From positions 124,001 to 188,000 of the forward strand of contig NIVC01001441.1 of NCBI GenBank assembly GCA_002269645.1: 64,000 bases of DNA, written 5' to 3'. The position numbers were made by a program, and so were the translations under genes. Source of the stretch: Macrostomum lignano (lineage: Eukaryota). Under the pieces are notes generated by a model. That model did no database searches and was not told the DNA's origin. It was given only the letters and a program-made list of their open reading frames with translations. Of the stretch, positions 27,631-45,037 are shown piece after piece. Every line of letters starts with the position of its first letter. Position 1 is the first letter of the stretch.

Positions 27631-28709
27631 TTTCAACGCAGATTTCAGCTATAATAAATCAGAAAACCGAAGCAGTTGAGCAGAGGTCTGCTCCATCTGG
27701 CCAGCCCCAAGCATTGCCCAGAGCGCCCCACAAAAGCAGCACTGATCCCCTCACTTTACTCTGTTGTGCTGCAGAATATTTGCCGCTCTTACCTGCAGAA
27801 AGAGGGGGAGGGCGCTACGCCTTCACGCACCGGTGACGCCCACGCAGGCGCGAGCGCGCATCTCTGCGTGTTGCTGTGCCTGAAGATTTCTATTTTTAAG
27901 TTTCTCTTCCATCCAGGGAGTCCTACTGAGTGAGGCGGAGTCTGGAGCGGGAAGAGCTCGCTTGCTTTCGTCGTTTTTTTCTTTGAACGTCTCGGCTCAT
28001 TCGCGAACTTTGAAGCGCATAACTTCACGCGATACTGTTTATCTGACTGTCCCCTGTTCGTAAAATGAAAAACTTCATTTGGAATCAAGTTGAGTTTGCA
28101 GTCCAGTTGTCTAGTAACAGCTGTCCATGACTATTTTGAACAAGCAGAAGCTGAGATGGGTAAGGGCAGAAGAAGAAAATTTTGGGAAAGGGCCGGTGCC
28201 ACAGGTCCCGCCTCGTGCCGCCGGCCCACACCCCCAGGCCCCAAGACTGTTTGCTCAAAACTTTCACTTTCATAACTGGAGCCCTCGGCACTCTGCGGCC
28301 GTCCACTGGGGTTGGCTTCTATTGCAACTGCTATGGGGTATTCAGTCTATTGAAGAAAGCGGATTTCGTCTGCAGGCAGAGAAGTTCCTTGTTGAAACTA
28401 TTTCTAAAGAAAATCAATGGTCAGCCATTGGGTAGGGGTAAAACGGGTTTGGCAACCGCAGATGCGTTCGTGCCAATGCATTCATTATTCAATAGCTTTT
28501 TAGGGCAGGTGTGCTTAGCTAAACGGCGTGAATCTGAGTGGACACACAAGAGAGAACTCAAGTCTGCATTCAATTATTTAACGGACTCAACTGGTCGGGT
28601 GTTTGCACGCTATGCTTGGAGTTCGTCTGGTGATTGCCTGAAACTCTTGCGAAGCGTTGTGAGTTTGTTGCCTGTCTGAGCTCACGGGTTTTTTAAGGAG
28701 TTTGCCATT

Positions 28710-29119
28710 CATAAAATCACCTGAGTCAACGGGTTAGTGATGAGGTTGTCACCCATAAAATCACCTGAGTCAACGGGTTAGTGATGAGGTTGTCACCCAT
28801 AAAATCACCTGAGTCAACGGGATAATGATGAGGTTGTCACCCATAAAATCACCTGAGTCAACGGGTTAGTGATGAGGTTGTCACCCATAAAATCACCTGA
28901 GTCAACGGGTTAGTGATGAGGTTGTCACCCATAAAATCACCTGAGTCAACGGGTTAGTGATGAGGTTGTCACCCATAAAATCACCTGAGTCAACGGGATA
29001 ATGATGAGGTTGTCACCCATAAAATCACCTGAGTCAACGGGATAATGATGAGGTTGTCACCCATAAAATCACCTGAGTCAACCGGTTAATGATGAGGTTG
29101 TCACTCATAAAATCACCTG
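28710..29119. repeat. 44-bp minisatellite (cataaaatcacctgagtcaacgggttagtgatgaggttgtcacc), 9 copies plus a partial
   Basis: Period 44 from 28710 to 29106; each full unit has TGAGTCA. Confidence 0.96.
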
Positions 29120-29897
29120 TATCTTATCTATTTATTGCTTTAGTGGTACAACTCTCAAAATTGTCACAATAAAAGATGTAAAAGAAGACTTTGAGCTGCC
29201 AAGCAATACAGGTGTGAATAAGTTTTCACTGGACCAACCTTACAGCTAATGAATGTAAGGTTGGTTACAGCAATTATTGCTTTTCCGGTCTTCAGCCCCC
29301 CCCCCCACAGTGCAGGTGAAGCTCAGTTGAGGTCCGCAGAAACTGCATGGTGAGTTCTGTGAGCTGCTGCTGAGATGAAGCGGGGAGTTGAGGGCGGCGG
29401 GGGCGGCTGCAGGTCTCTGACTGACTGTAGAGCAGTGCCTTGCACAGAATGAAATAAATATTCTTAGGAAGGGCGACAGTTCAGCTGAGACTCTCCCGCT
29501 CTCGCCTTTGCCGTTCAGAAGATAAAAAAGCAGAGTAGGCCCAAGTTCGGGCTCAGCTGCAACTCAGCTGTACATTATCTCAGAATTATTTGCCGCAGAG
29601 CCGTGCGAGCTTCGCCTGTCCAAATTCGGACTTGTTCGAGATTCAGCTGCTCACTGGGCTCGGTTTTGGACCCGTCTGCCCTGCCAGACTGGCCCCCTAT
29701 TGGTCCTGAGCAGGGCAAGGCCTGAGCACTGAGACAGCTGCCCAGGGGGTCAGTGTGTGAATGGGTGAGGCAGGCCTGTGTTTTAAATAAATTGCCTGCA
29801 GACCGGACCCCCCACCCCAGCACTCTTGAATTTCTCTCGCTTTGCATTTCGTTTTGTCTTGGAATCGAGCTCGGGCAGTTGCAGCCAACATGCGGCC

Positions 29898-34204
<4,307 letters not shown>

Positions 34205-34206
34205 CG

Positions 34207-34220
34207 GTTGCCATGGAAAC
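34207..34220. promoter_or_regulatory. RFX X-box-like palindrome GTTGCCATGGAAAC
   Basis: Matches the X-box consensus; lies 2 bp after the stop codon at 34204; function not shown. Confidence 0.4.
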
Positions 34221-34262
34221 TGATCAGAGGACAACTGGACTAAAAATTCTGTCAAAAATAGA

Positions 34263-34762
34263 CACTCTCAGCTGCTGACAATAGCCACTCCCAGCTGCTG
34301 ACAATAGCCACTCCCAGCTGCTGATAATAGCCACTCCCACCTGCTGACAAGAGACACTCCCAGCTGCTGACAATAGGCACTCCCAGCTGCTGACAATAGG
34401 CACTCCCAGCTTCTGACAATAGGCACTCCCAGCTGCTGACAATAGGCACTCCCAGCTGCTGACAATAGGCACTCCCACCTGCTGACAAGAGACACTCCCA
34501 GCTGCTGACAATAGGCACTCCCAGCTGCTGACAATAGGCACTCCCAGCTGCTGACAATAGGCACTCCCAGCTGCTGTCAATAGGCACTCCCAGCTGCTGA
34601 CAATAGCCACTCCCAGCTGCTGACAATAGGCACTCCCAGCTGCTGACAAGAGACACTCCCAGCTGCTGACAATAGCCACTCCCAGCTGCTGACAATAGGC
34701 ACTCCCAGCTGCTGACAAGAGACTCTCCCAGATGCTGATAAGAGACAATCCCAGCTGCTGAC
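34263..34762. repeat. 23-bp minisatellite (cagctgctgacaataggcactcc)
   Basis: About 21 copies starting about 60 bp after the stop at 34204. Confidence 0.95.
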
Positions 34763-35887
34763 AGAAAGCACTTCTCCACAGACATTTTCCAATCAATCTT
34801 TCATGAGATTTTAGAAGCCACTAAATGGCCGAATATCTGGTGGCCAATTTGTGCAATTTTCTGCTTTTGCAAAAGAACAAAATGAACTGCTACATGTATC
34901 ACAGGTTCCAAAAAACTACTATTGACTTTGATTTGGAATTCTTGTCCCGGTTGCTTTCGCTCGGGAATGTGAGACATGCGAACAATGTACTTTTAATTAG
35001 TTGCCTTGTTGCAAGCATATTATCTCCATTACGTCTTTCTCTGGTTCATCAACTAATCTTTTTTGCGTGTTAAATAATGTCTCTTATGCGCTTATGTTTG
35101 TGAAGACTGCTTTAAAAGTCCACAAAATATTTATTAAACTCCTTTCCCTGTTCATTGTGCTGTGCAACTGTACGCTATGATCTCCTGCACTGATGTTTTC
35201 TGTTTATTTCATTTTTACCTCACTTCAAGTTCTGCGGGCAATAAATCGGCTGTCGGACAGTACAATCGATGTGATAATATTAGCACTAACTGGGTTGAAG
35301 ATTAACTATACTGTAATCATGTAAGTTCGTCAATTCACTATTTTGTTAATATCGAGTACTTTATTGAATTCACTAATGGACATGGTAAGCTAGTTGCATG
35401 TGATAAAAATAAAAATGCAAACTACTCCATTTTCGAGAATAATTGCATGCGAGTATAAAACTTATTGCATTGTTTGCATTGCTCTTCGCGATAGCGTCAT
35501 GGCCATTTATAGAGCACAGCAGCACAATAGTGCAATTGCGAAGAAAAACAATTCATCTTTACTTTTCATAAGCATTTGAAGCAGTTTTTGTACTATAAGT
35601 AGAAACACAAGCATTTTAATGGAATTATTTAATCGAAACTGCAAAAGACAAAAAAAATCTGAGGAACCAGCGTCTTGTAAAATGGCAAAAAAAATATGTA
35701 TATTTGAGAAAACTATTTTACATCATGGTACTGTTGGAAGCAGGCAACTATTTCGCAAATCACCTGTTCATTAAATGTCCCGATTACAAAAGTTCAGCGT
35801 CCGAGGCAGCTTAGCACCGAAAAAAAGCGAATTTGTTAATTGTTATTTGTTAATCCGTAAGAAAGGATTTTCAGGTAGTTAACAGAG

Positions 35888-35929
35888 CTACAGCCTTGTA
35901 CTTTGACGGACTCGATCTAGCCGTTTGAA

Positions 35930-35989
<60 letters not shown>

Positions 35990-37229
35990 ATGCTGTTGCT
36001 GCTGCTGCTGCTGATGCTGTTGCTGCTGCTCAAAGTGGCCGATCACCTCGGGCCGGGTTCCGCGCCGGTACGATGTCAAACTGCCGCGAATGGTTGCCCT
36101 GGCAACGGCTGCCGGGTCGCGCTCGCCATTAAAGTAGTGATGCCCTGCCCGGCTGCTCAGGTGCTCATTGATGGTGCCTCGCCACCAGCCCGCCGTGTGC
36201 CGCACTGAGCCGCCCACGCTGACAGCTCGAGTGAACTGCTGCCGACTGTCCGCTGGGGGCACCGGCGGCTCCTCCCGCTGGCGTTGAATCCCTCGGGACA
36301 GCAGCTCGGACAGGTCGGCAGCGTCGGTGACAGCTTCGGCCAGCTTCAGCAGCGTTGGCCGGCGCTGGCTGACGGCGCTGGCAGCTGATGCCGCTGTTGT
36401 CCGATTGCCGCGGCCCGAGCTGCTGCTGCTGCTGGCTGCGGGCTCGCTCGGAACTTCGTCCAGCACCGAGTTGTCATCCAAACCGTCTGCGACCGCTGCT
36501 GCTGGTGCTGCTGCCGTCGGCACCTTTGGTTGGGTAAGGATGCTGCATTGCTTACTTATAGCTGTGGTATCTTGTACTGGCTTTGTCTCTTCTATGCTCT
36601 AAGTTTCTGTCTGGATTTAGTCCATGAGGATGTCTGGATGAATTGGTTTGGCCCTAATGGTGTTGGATGCTTAGTTGGATCTTTTGATAGGACTTTCTGC
36701 TTTGGTGAACTTTACTAAGGCTTTTGATTCCTTGAACTTGGTCCTGTAGTTCATTGGTTTGGTCCATGCTACACTCGCAACCCGTGCAGATATCACTAGA
36801 GACGGGTTTCGCTGCAAAAAAACTGCATTGTCAAGTTAGGAAGCTGGCAATTAGTGAACTTTCGAATGGCGAGAAGGCGAAAATGCTGAACACTTCCAAC
36901 ACCAGCCTCCAGATAAATTTACACGATTTGCAAGTAGAGTCCTTCAACTTGAGCTGTTCGTGCATCAGCCTCCTTACTGCATTTTGCTTTGATGTTGCCG
37001 CCAGTGCTGCCGAACTGCGGGCCGCTCGGGCATCGGTTGAGACTGGCAGATGAAGCCGTCGGTGCGGCTTCGAGTTTGCCGACTGCAGCTTCACTGTGGC
37101 GGCGCGTCGGTGCCCGCTGTCGAAGCGGTCGTCTGTAAAGGCGGCATTGTCGAATGCCGGATATCGGCGAGGATCGTAGATGGCAAAGAAGGCCACCGAG
37201 GACGATGGAGACGGGGCTGATGAAGCCAT
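35888..37229 (-). CDS. Hypothetical Ala/Ser-rich protein with a C-terminal polyQ tract; two coding segments, junction unresolved
   Basis: ATG at 37229 (MASSAPSPSSSVAFFAIYDPRRYPAFDN...) and a downstream GC-rich segment about 36598-35888 ending Q-run..STRL*; I could not fix an in-frame splice between them. Confidence 0.5.
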
Positions 37230-37934
37230 GGGTTCTGCTTGAGTAGGCGGAAATGTCACAAGTTACGTTTCTTCGCTAGAAAGTTTTGCTCCGAGAACTG
37301 CTCAGGACTAAGAGCACAGCTACACTCAGACTACAGGGCGGAAGGCAGCCGGTGTTTCTGTGGATTTCTAGAGACTCGAACAGCGGCTATACTGCAGCAA
37401 TGCGCAGAGGGCTGGGGTGGTCGCGCTGGTGGCAGAGGCGGGCTTTCAATGCAGCAAGTTGGGGAATAAATTGGCTGTGCGATCGATATCCTTGAGGAGG
37501 TTGCGCGGCGCCGGGCCACCCCTCTCTCTCTCCTTTTCTTTCTCTCTGACTCTTCCCTTAGCTGGTGTGTGATGTGAGTCACTCGCCCAAGCCAAAGAAA
37601 GACCGAGAGGTTTTACTGCAGATTAGACTCGCCCGCCGAGGCACGAAACTAATGTCAAGACGCTAAATGTATCCCAACTTCTACGCTTTGCGTCGAAATT
37701 AGTCGATAAACTGCAAAATTTACGTTTAATACTGGGAAAGCCATTCGTGCATTTGGCCTGCTTTTCATGACTAAATTATGGCAGAAAGTTTTGCAAAAAC
37801 TTCAATGCATTTGACTGTAACAGTTGGAGTATACTCGTAGAATCGATCTATTTCATACACTGATTCTGTTTGTTGTTTGTTGGGATTCAGTTGTACGTTT
37901 TTGACAGCGTTTTTTGTTTGCTTCTGGTGTTGTG

Positions 37935-37973
37935 TTTTTGTTGTTGTTGTTGTTGTTGGTGGTGTTCTTGTTT

Positions 37974-38007
<34 letters not shown>

Positions 38008-38008
38008 C
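37935..38008. repeat. Imperfect (GTT)n microsatellite
   Basis: Direct. Confidence 0.9.
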
Positions 38009-38443
38009 CAGCAACTTTCTTTAACAGACCAAAAAATATGAAGGAAATTAACAGTACGGATGCTCGTCTCTTAGATTGTAACAGCCAATTCAAAGTTCTT
38101 AAGCGTATTTTGTAATTGTTACGTCACCAGCCAATAAGATGTCTTTATTTAAACAGAAACATGCAATTCTGTATAAAAGAACTGCTATAACGGGTACTTG
38201 TAAGTGTAGGAAAAGGTCCGGATTCGGGGACAACCAGCCAACAGGTCACCATTACATCTGAATCAGAGTGGTCTAAAACTGTGTGCAAATCAAGACAGGT
38301 GAGAATAAATACTGATACTGAGGCCGCTGAAGTGCGTCCGAGCGGCCGCTTGGAGAGTTGTGGCCAGAGTTGGCTTAAAGCTGCCACTTGATGACCACTG
38401 GTTTCGAAGTGGAAAATCTAACATGCTTATACACTTATGTCAA

Positions 38444-38760
38444 GGGGTTGTAGCCTTTTAGTCAGAGCGTCGGACTCTGGACAGAAAGTTCGGGAGTTCG
38501 ATTCTCGACCCACAATCGGAACAATTTGTATCCTTGAGCAAGATTCTTAACTCTGCATTGCTTCAGTTCACCCGGCTGTAAAAATGGGTGCCAGCATTAG
38601 CTGGGCTAATTGAGGGTGGGCATGACAACCCCCAGTCCTTGGACTGAACAGCCGTACGCAGCCTTCAGATGCGCCGCGCAATAGCTGCGGCTGAGCTGTC
38701 AGTTGCACATCTAGTCCAGTTGGGCCATGGACCCTTCCGCAGGGTGGATCACACTTCAAT
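38444..38760 (+). mobile_element. tRNA-derived SINE with a CORE (MIR-like) domain; 3' end approximate
   Basis: tRNA-like head GGGGTTGTAGCC...GGGAGTTCGATTCTC; 38527-38590 tccttgagcaagattcttaactctgcattgcttcagttcacccggctgtaaaaatggg resembles the MIR core ccttgggcaagtcacttaacctctctgtgcctcagtttcctcatctgtaaaatggg. Confidence 0.7.
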
Positions 38761-38794
38761 GATGCTGAGTGTATACGGGTATTTTTGAATATCT

Positions 38795-39538
38795 ATGGCA
38801 GAAACTATAACGGGAATCGCCTACGCCTACGTAAGATCCTATTCCAACACGCGGCTTCCATCGGAAGACGATACTCAAGCCTCAAGCATGGCAGGAAATT
38901 TCAGCTCGATCGTAGAAACCGGCCTGTTGTCAATTGTTTGCATCATTCTGCGCACCCTGAGACGAACTTCTCATTTAATATTGGTGCACGTCAGCTGGCT
39001 GGTGTCACTAGCTGAGCTGCTGCTGGCTACAGCCATTAGCGGTCAGTGCAGCTTCTACCTGGGCTCCATGCAGTGGCACCTGGTGCAGACAGCCGGTCTG
39101 TTCGGCCTGCTGGGCGCCTTGGAGTTCTCCGGCTGGCTGGACAGGCCCAGTCTGCTGTGCAGGCTGCCCAGCTTCCCAGCCTGGCTGACTCACAATCTGT
39201 CGAGAAGGCAAGAATTTCTGCTGGACCCAATTGTGCAGTCCATTGTTGAACGCGGCTCTGTTGCTGGGGCCGGAAGTGTGTTGCTAAGCAGTAGTCTGAG
39301 CAGCGCTGATCAGCGACGCCTGGCCCAGATGTTCCTTTTGTTTTATCTGACGCTGCTTGCGTGGGTCTGCGGCAAGGGTTGTGTTTTCATCTATTTGTAT
39401 TACTCGCGATGCGATTATATTGTTAATGCGCTAGATGGCTTTGCTTGCGGTTACTTGCGCACTTCGTTGCCGGCAATTTTCACGGCATCAGTTATTGTAA
39501 GGCTTGTTATGTTTGTCTTCTGTATTTTGCCTGTTTGA
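38795..39538 (+). CDS. Hypothetical multi-pass membrane protein (247 aa, about 5 hydrophobic segments)
   Basis: ATG ORF; hydrophobic stretches e.g. LILVHVSWLVSLAELLLATAI and LAQMFLLFYLTLLAWVCG; AATAAA about 100 bp after the stop; true start uncertain. Confidence 0.6.
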   Translation: MAETITGIAYAYVRSYSNTRLPSEDDTQASSMAGNFSSIVETGLLSIVCIILRTLRRTSHLILVHVSWLVSLAELLLATAISGQCSFYLGSMQWHLVQTAGLFGLLGALEFSGWLDRPSLLCRLPSFPAWLTHNLSRRQEFLLDPIVQSIVERGSVAGAGSVLLSSSLSSADQRRLAQMFLLFYLTLLAWVCGKGCVFIYLYYSRCDYIVNALDGFACGYLRTSLPAIFTASVIVRLVMFVFCILPV

Positions 39539-40395
39539 TTTAAACTGTTAGGTGCATTCCTATGTGTACTGTAATATTATTTGATAGATAAATTGATAAA
39601 TTCTGTTTGAATTACGTAGATGCATGTTCGAATAATAAATATGTTCACTATTATTTGTTATCAAGTCGAATAATGCAGTCAAAAGTACTTGTCTCGCTAC
39701 ATCCGTTAATTAGATCCAATAATTACTGCATGTAGTCACTTTTTGACTTTTGAAGAAATCAGTCACAGAGATTTCTTTCTTTAGCTGTAACTTTAGACCA
39801 AATTCAAGTACAAAGGATGAATTAAGTTGATATACATGTATCTATTTGATGTCAACTGAATCTCTACGACTTGCGTGAATGTTTTTACCAATGCTACATA
39901 TACACAAAATGGAAAAAAGTCCATGGAGTGGTTAGTGGATTTCTAAATCGAACTTTACTTTATTGGCACTGGCCACCTTATACTAGGCGATCCCAATCGT
40001 ATTTGCCCGACTATTTTTTAATTTTTCTAGTAAATTAAAAAACTTACAGAAAGTACGATTACAACTGCAATGTTTTTATCTTTATGTAAAAGTTTTTCAG
40101 TTTCGAATTTGTTTAAATTGTTGACATGACTTTTGTTACCGTTTGTAAGTTTAATTTGGAATTTTTCTTGCATTTTAAATATTAACGGCCGGGCTTTTGC
40201 AGTTATCTTTACCTTTAGGCTTTGCTTCTCATCGATTAATGAAATGGAGCCTAAATTTATCCTTGTCGTTTGCTATATTATCATATTATATTATATTATC
40301 ATAAAGTTTTGAAGTTACTTCTAGTGGCAGTTTTAAACCAGTTACATTACATGCATACAAAGCTTGCCTTACATGTAGTGTGGGTAATGGCTAGC

Positions 40396-40666
40396 TAGAG
40401 TTCTGGCACCGGAACCTGTTTTCTAATGGCTATGTTCGGCAGTCTTCTACAGGCAGTTATCTACTAATGAAGTCTTTGAACATTAGAAGTATTTTGTTTT
40501 GAATCTCATCGTTTCGTTTTGATCTTATATTGAACATTTCCCAATATCAACCACCCGTTAAAAAAAGTATTTTTTTTTCTGCTATATTACACCCATAAAT
40601 TACACTACTGGAATACCACTGCCGGATCCATAGCCGTTAGAAATGGGTTCCGGTGCCGGAACTCTA
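40396..40666. mobile_element. About 270-bp MITE with about 45-bp terminal inverted repeats
   Basis: tagagttctggcaccggaacctgttttctaatggctatg versus catagccgttagaaatgggttccggtgccggaactcta; ends are TA...TA; superfamily uncertain. Confidence 0.75.
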
Positions 40667-41496
40667 GCCATTGCCTGTAGTGTGGCTGCCAAGTCAATTT
40701 TTTGTCTCTTATTTTTGTCGTCGTCATTTATATTGTGGTAAAGAGGAGGCAAATTTAAACCTTGATACTACTTTCTTTTTTTATTTTGTTGTAGTTACAT
40801 TGTTTTTGACGCCAGTTATATGGTTATTGGCTTCCTTTTTTAATTCTAGTTTAATCATGTCCATGACAGAGAGTTTTACCAACTTTAATCACATTGGCTG
40901 ATCCATCCAATTTAAAGAAAATATCCAGATTTTATGATTTTATCAGGAAAAACCGTGCGAAATAGAAAATAGAATTTAGTTTTTTATTGTAACGAAAATT
41001 GCACAAGCATTGACTGGCTTGATTAGAAGATAGAACTAAAAATTATAATTTTTGCTATGCAAATGTCTTGTCTTGCATTGAGGATTTAGAAGAATTCATA
41101 AAGTATTGCTGACTGCATTCAAAACAGAAAGCAAGTTGGATATTGTAGTTGAATTTTTGACAGTCAATTAAAATAAAAGCCAATAGATATGCTACATCTA
41201 TATAGTATTTTATGATTAATTCTAATGAGAGTTGATTATAAACTTAGAGAAGCTTTGTCTTCTTTGGAAATATACACACGACACTTATTTCAGTGTACAG
41301 TTGAATCTAAATTTTAACTTTGTATTTTTTTTAAATAAAAACATCTTTTATTCCACATATCCTATTAAAAAGGCTGTCCTATTAAAAATATGAAGGCTTC
41401 AAATGTTGAAAACTTAGTTTAAAGCATGTCTGGACGTTGCTATGCGTGAAAGTCACTTTTAAAAATATATTGCATGCCAATTTTCAAGCCATCCAA

Positions 41497-42769
<1,273 letters not shown>

Positions 42770-43426
42770 ACTGGAATAGATTTCTCTTCCATGCGCGTTT
42801 TTACTACCGTTAATAATATTAGCGATTATAATCGAATAGCGATTCTGCTGTTTTATTCACTGTTTTCTGCACCTTAAATTTTATTACTTATCTGCAATCA
42901 GGCTCTGGGAGCAATATAGGCTCGTAAAGCGACAAGCATATTTTTTGTTTTGTTTACGCATCCATAACTGTATGCGAGCTCTACTCGTAGATTTTAAACA
43001 TTTCCAATGTTGGACCCCAGATTTTTAACCTTATGTGTTGCTTAAAAAGTTTTTTTCAAATCGTTGCAATCCTGATATAGGTTTGGCCATTTCCCATGCT
43101 TGTTTATCGCAAATTCTTAAGCTTTCATAACTGATTGATATTGAATTACTAGCTAAATATATATATATATATGAAACGCTTCAATGAACTCAGTTTTAGA
43201 CGTTTTCGTGCTTAAAGAATTATGGATTTCATGCTTGATTTTAAGGCGGCTTTGTGCTTTGACGAAGCAACACAAAAACTGTGTTATTGACAAACATAAA
43301 CAAAACCGTACACTGCAGTCGTAGCAGTCGTAGCCTGTACTATGGTAATCCTAATGGCCTAAACACAACAAAACTCAACAAAATACGTTGTCAATCAGTC
43401 AGCAGACAACGTCATAAGGCGCGTTT

Positions 43427-44017
43427 TCAAGGCCTGGGCGCGAACGTAGGCCGCACCGCCGGCAGCGTCCAGGTCTCGGCGTTGTACAACAGACGGTCTC
43501 GATCACCGCCTGGAACAACGCCGCTCTCTGGCGGTCGGACAGGGGTCTCGGACTGCAGGACTGTCCTCACAGAGCGAAAGGCAGCCCAGGCAAGTCCACG
43601 GCGACGTCGCAGGTCCTCGCAAACGTCAGGCACCAGACCGCTGAGGTAGACGAACTGCTGACAGCACGGAAGCTTCGTCACCTGCCCGTCAGCGCCACGG
43701 CAGAAAATTGCAGCCTCAATGTCGTCCGGCACGCAGAGCACGACAGTCTTCTGCGTGTTGACCACCAGGCCGACGCTCGCTGGCGCTGGGCGGCGCTCAC
43801 CGGTTGGCGTTGACCCACGCGTCGCTGCAGCTGGAAGCCGTCGTCGTTAGAAGGGAGAGCAGTCCGCAGCACTCAGTCAAGCACCAGAACGAACAGGAAC
43901 GGCGCAAGCGTATCTCCCTGAAGCACCCTAGAGGATGTCTCAAAGAAATCCGGTAGGTTTTCCGGTGTTAGCACAGCAGCGTTCGTGCCATGATACAGCG
44001 CCATGACGGCGGAAATC
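43427..44017 (-). mobile_element. Degraded non-LTR retrotransposon (RTE-like) reverse-transcriptase fragment
   Basis: Minus-strand ISAVMALYHGT...VLQGDTLAPFLFVLVLD*VLR, then VNTQKT...FVYL...DLRRRRGLAWAAFRS...LLYNAETWTL; in-frame stop at 43873-43875; YADD region missing. Confidence 0.85.
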
Positions 44018-44512
44018 ACACAGATGACAAATCACAGAAACAAAGTAATTTGTATCACCTTTGTTGGCTAGCTAGGTGAATCTGTAATCTATGCAATAGC
44101 TAAATAAAAACATGTATGAAGACTGTTAATTAATAACGAAAAGCACCTACAGACATGGTATTGTCTCTGAGTAGTCTGCAAGCAATGATCTCGCATTTAC
44201 AGAAGGCCATCGACTATTTTGAGCAGCTCTCCAATCTGTCTGGCCCCGCTTTTGTACGGCAATCAATTGTGGACTCCAGTTTATGGCGGGGAAATCATGA
44301 GGGTGATGGAGAGGGAGAGGCGTGGGAGAGAGAAACTACGGGTAGGAAAGCCGCGGGGAAAAGTTCAGATCAGCTCATCTCTTCATCAACTTTAGCCTGA
44401 CCCGTAAGATCCGCTGATCCCCCACCCGTGCAATCCCCTGATGGGCTGAATCTGCGCCTTCTCGGATCCCCCCGTCCATTCTCAAGGGTTACCGCGTCCC
44501 CGTGCGTCGCTC

Positions 44513-44536
44513 TGATTGGCGGTTGCCAATGACAAC
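44513..44536. promoter_or_regulatory. CCAAT boxes (ATTGG and CCAAT) overlapping an X-box-like GTTGCCAATGACAAC
   Basis: About 105-130 bp upstream of the ATG at 44642. Confidence 0.35.
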
Positions 44537-44641
44537 TAAAAATCTCCCCAGTCTCAAGCCTTCTAAAGACAATTGTTCTCAAGGGTTCAGGTTCAGGCCC
44601 TCATTTCCCCGCTGAGCCAATTCACCGCTTTGGGCTCGGCG

Positions 44642-45037
44642 ATGTCTAGCCAAAGAAGCAGCCAGGACGGCAAGAAATACGCAGCCAAAGATGTCAGCAA
44701 AGAGGCGTTCAAAACGGAAAAGAAGCAGAATTTGCGAGTAGAGAGGGACCAGTTCAACTACAAGTCGCAGAAACCGGACGCGAAAAAGCAGCAACCGCAG
44801 CAGCAGCAACCACCGCCATCACATCCGCAAAACCAGCAACCGCAAGAGCAACAGCCACCGCAGTCACATCCGCAGAAGCAGCAACCGCAAAAGCAGCAAC
44901 CACAGCAGCAGCAGCCACCGCCGCCGCCGCTACATCCGCAGAAGCAGCCTCAGCAACAGCAGCTGTACTCTGACAACTGGGACGCCGAAATCAATAAGGA
45001 TTTGGAGAGACTGAAGCGCTTCGGACTAAAAGATTAG
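44642..45037 (+). CDS. Small Gln/Pro-rich hypothetical protein (131 aa)
   Basis: ATG ORF with a basic N-terminus, QQP repeats and acidic-basic C-terminal helix (DNWDAEINKDLERLKRFGLKD); AATAAA near 45103. Confidence 0.6.
   Translation: MSSQRSSQDGKKYAAKDVSKEAFKTEKKQNLRVERDQFNYKSQKPDAKKQQPQQQQPPPSHPQNQQPQEQQPPQSHPQKQQPQKQQPQQQQPPPPPLHPQKQPQQQQLYSDNWDAEINKDLERLKRFGLKD

Noticed and set aside
38444-38515. tRNA gene
   Set aside because: Degenerate A box and imperfect cloverleaf, continuing into a CORE domain; called a SINE instead
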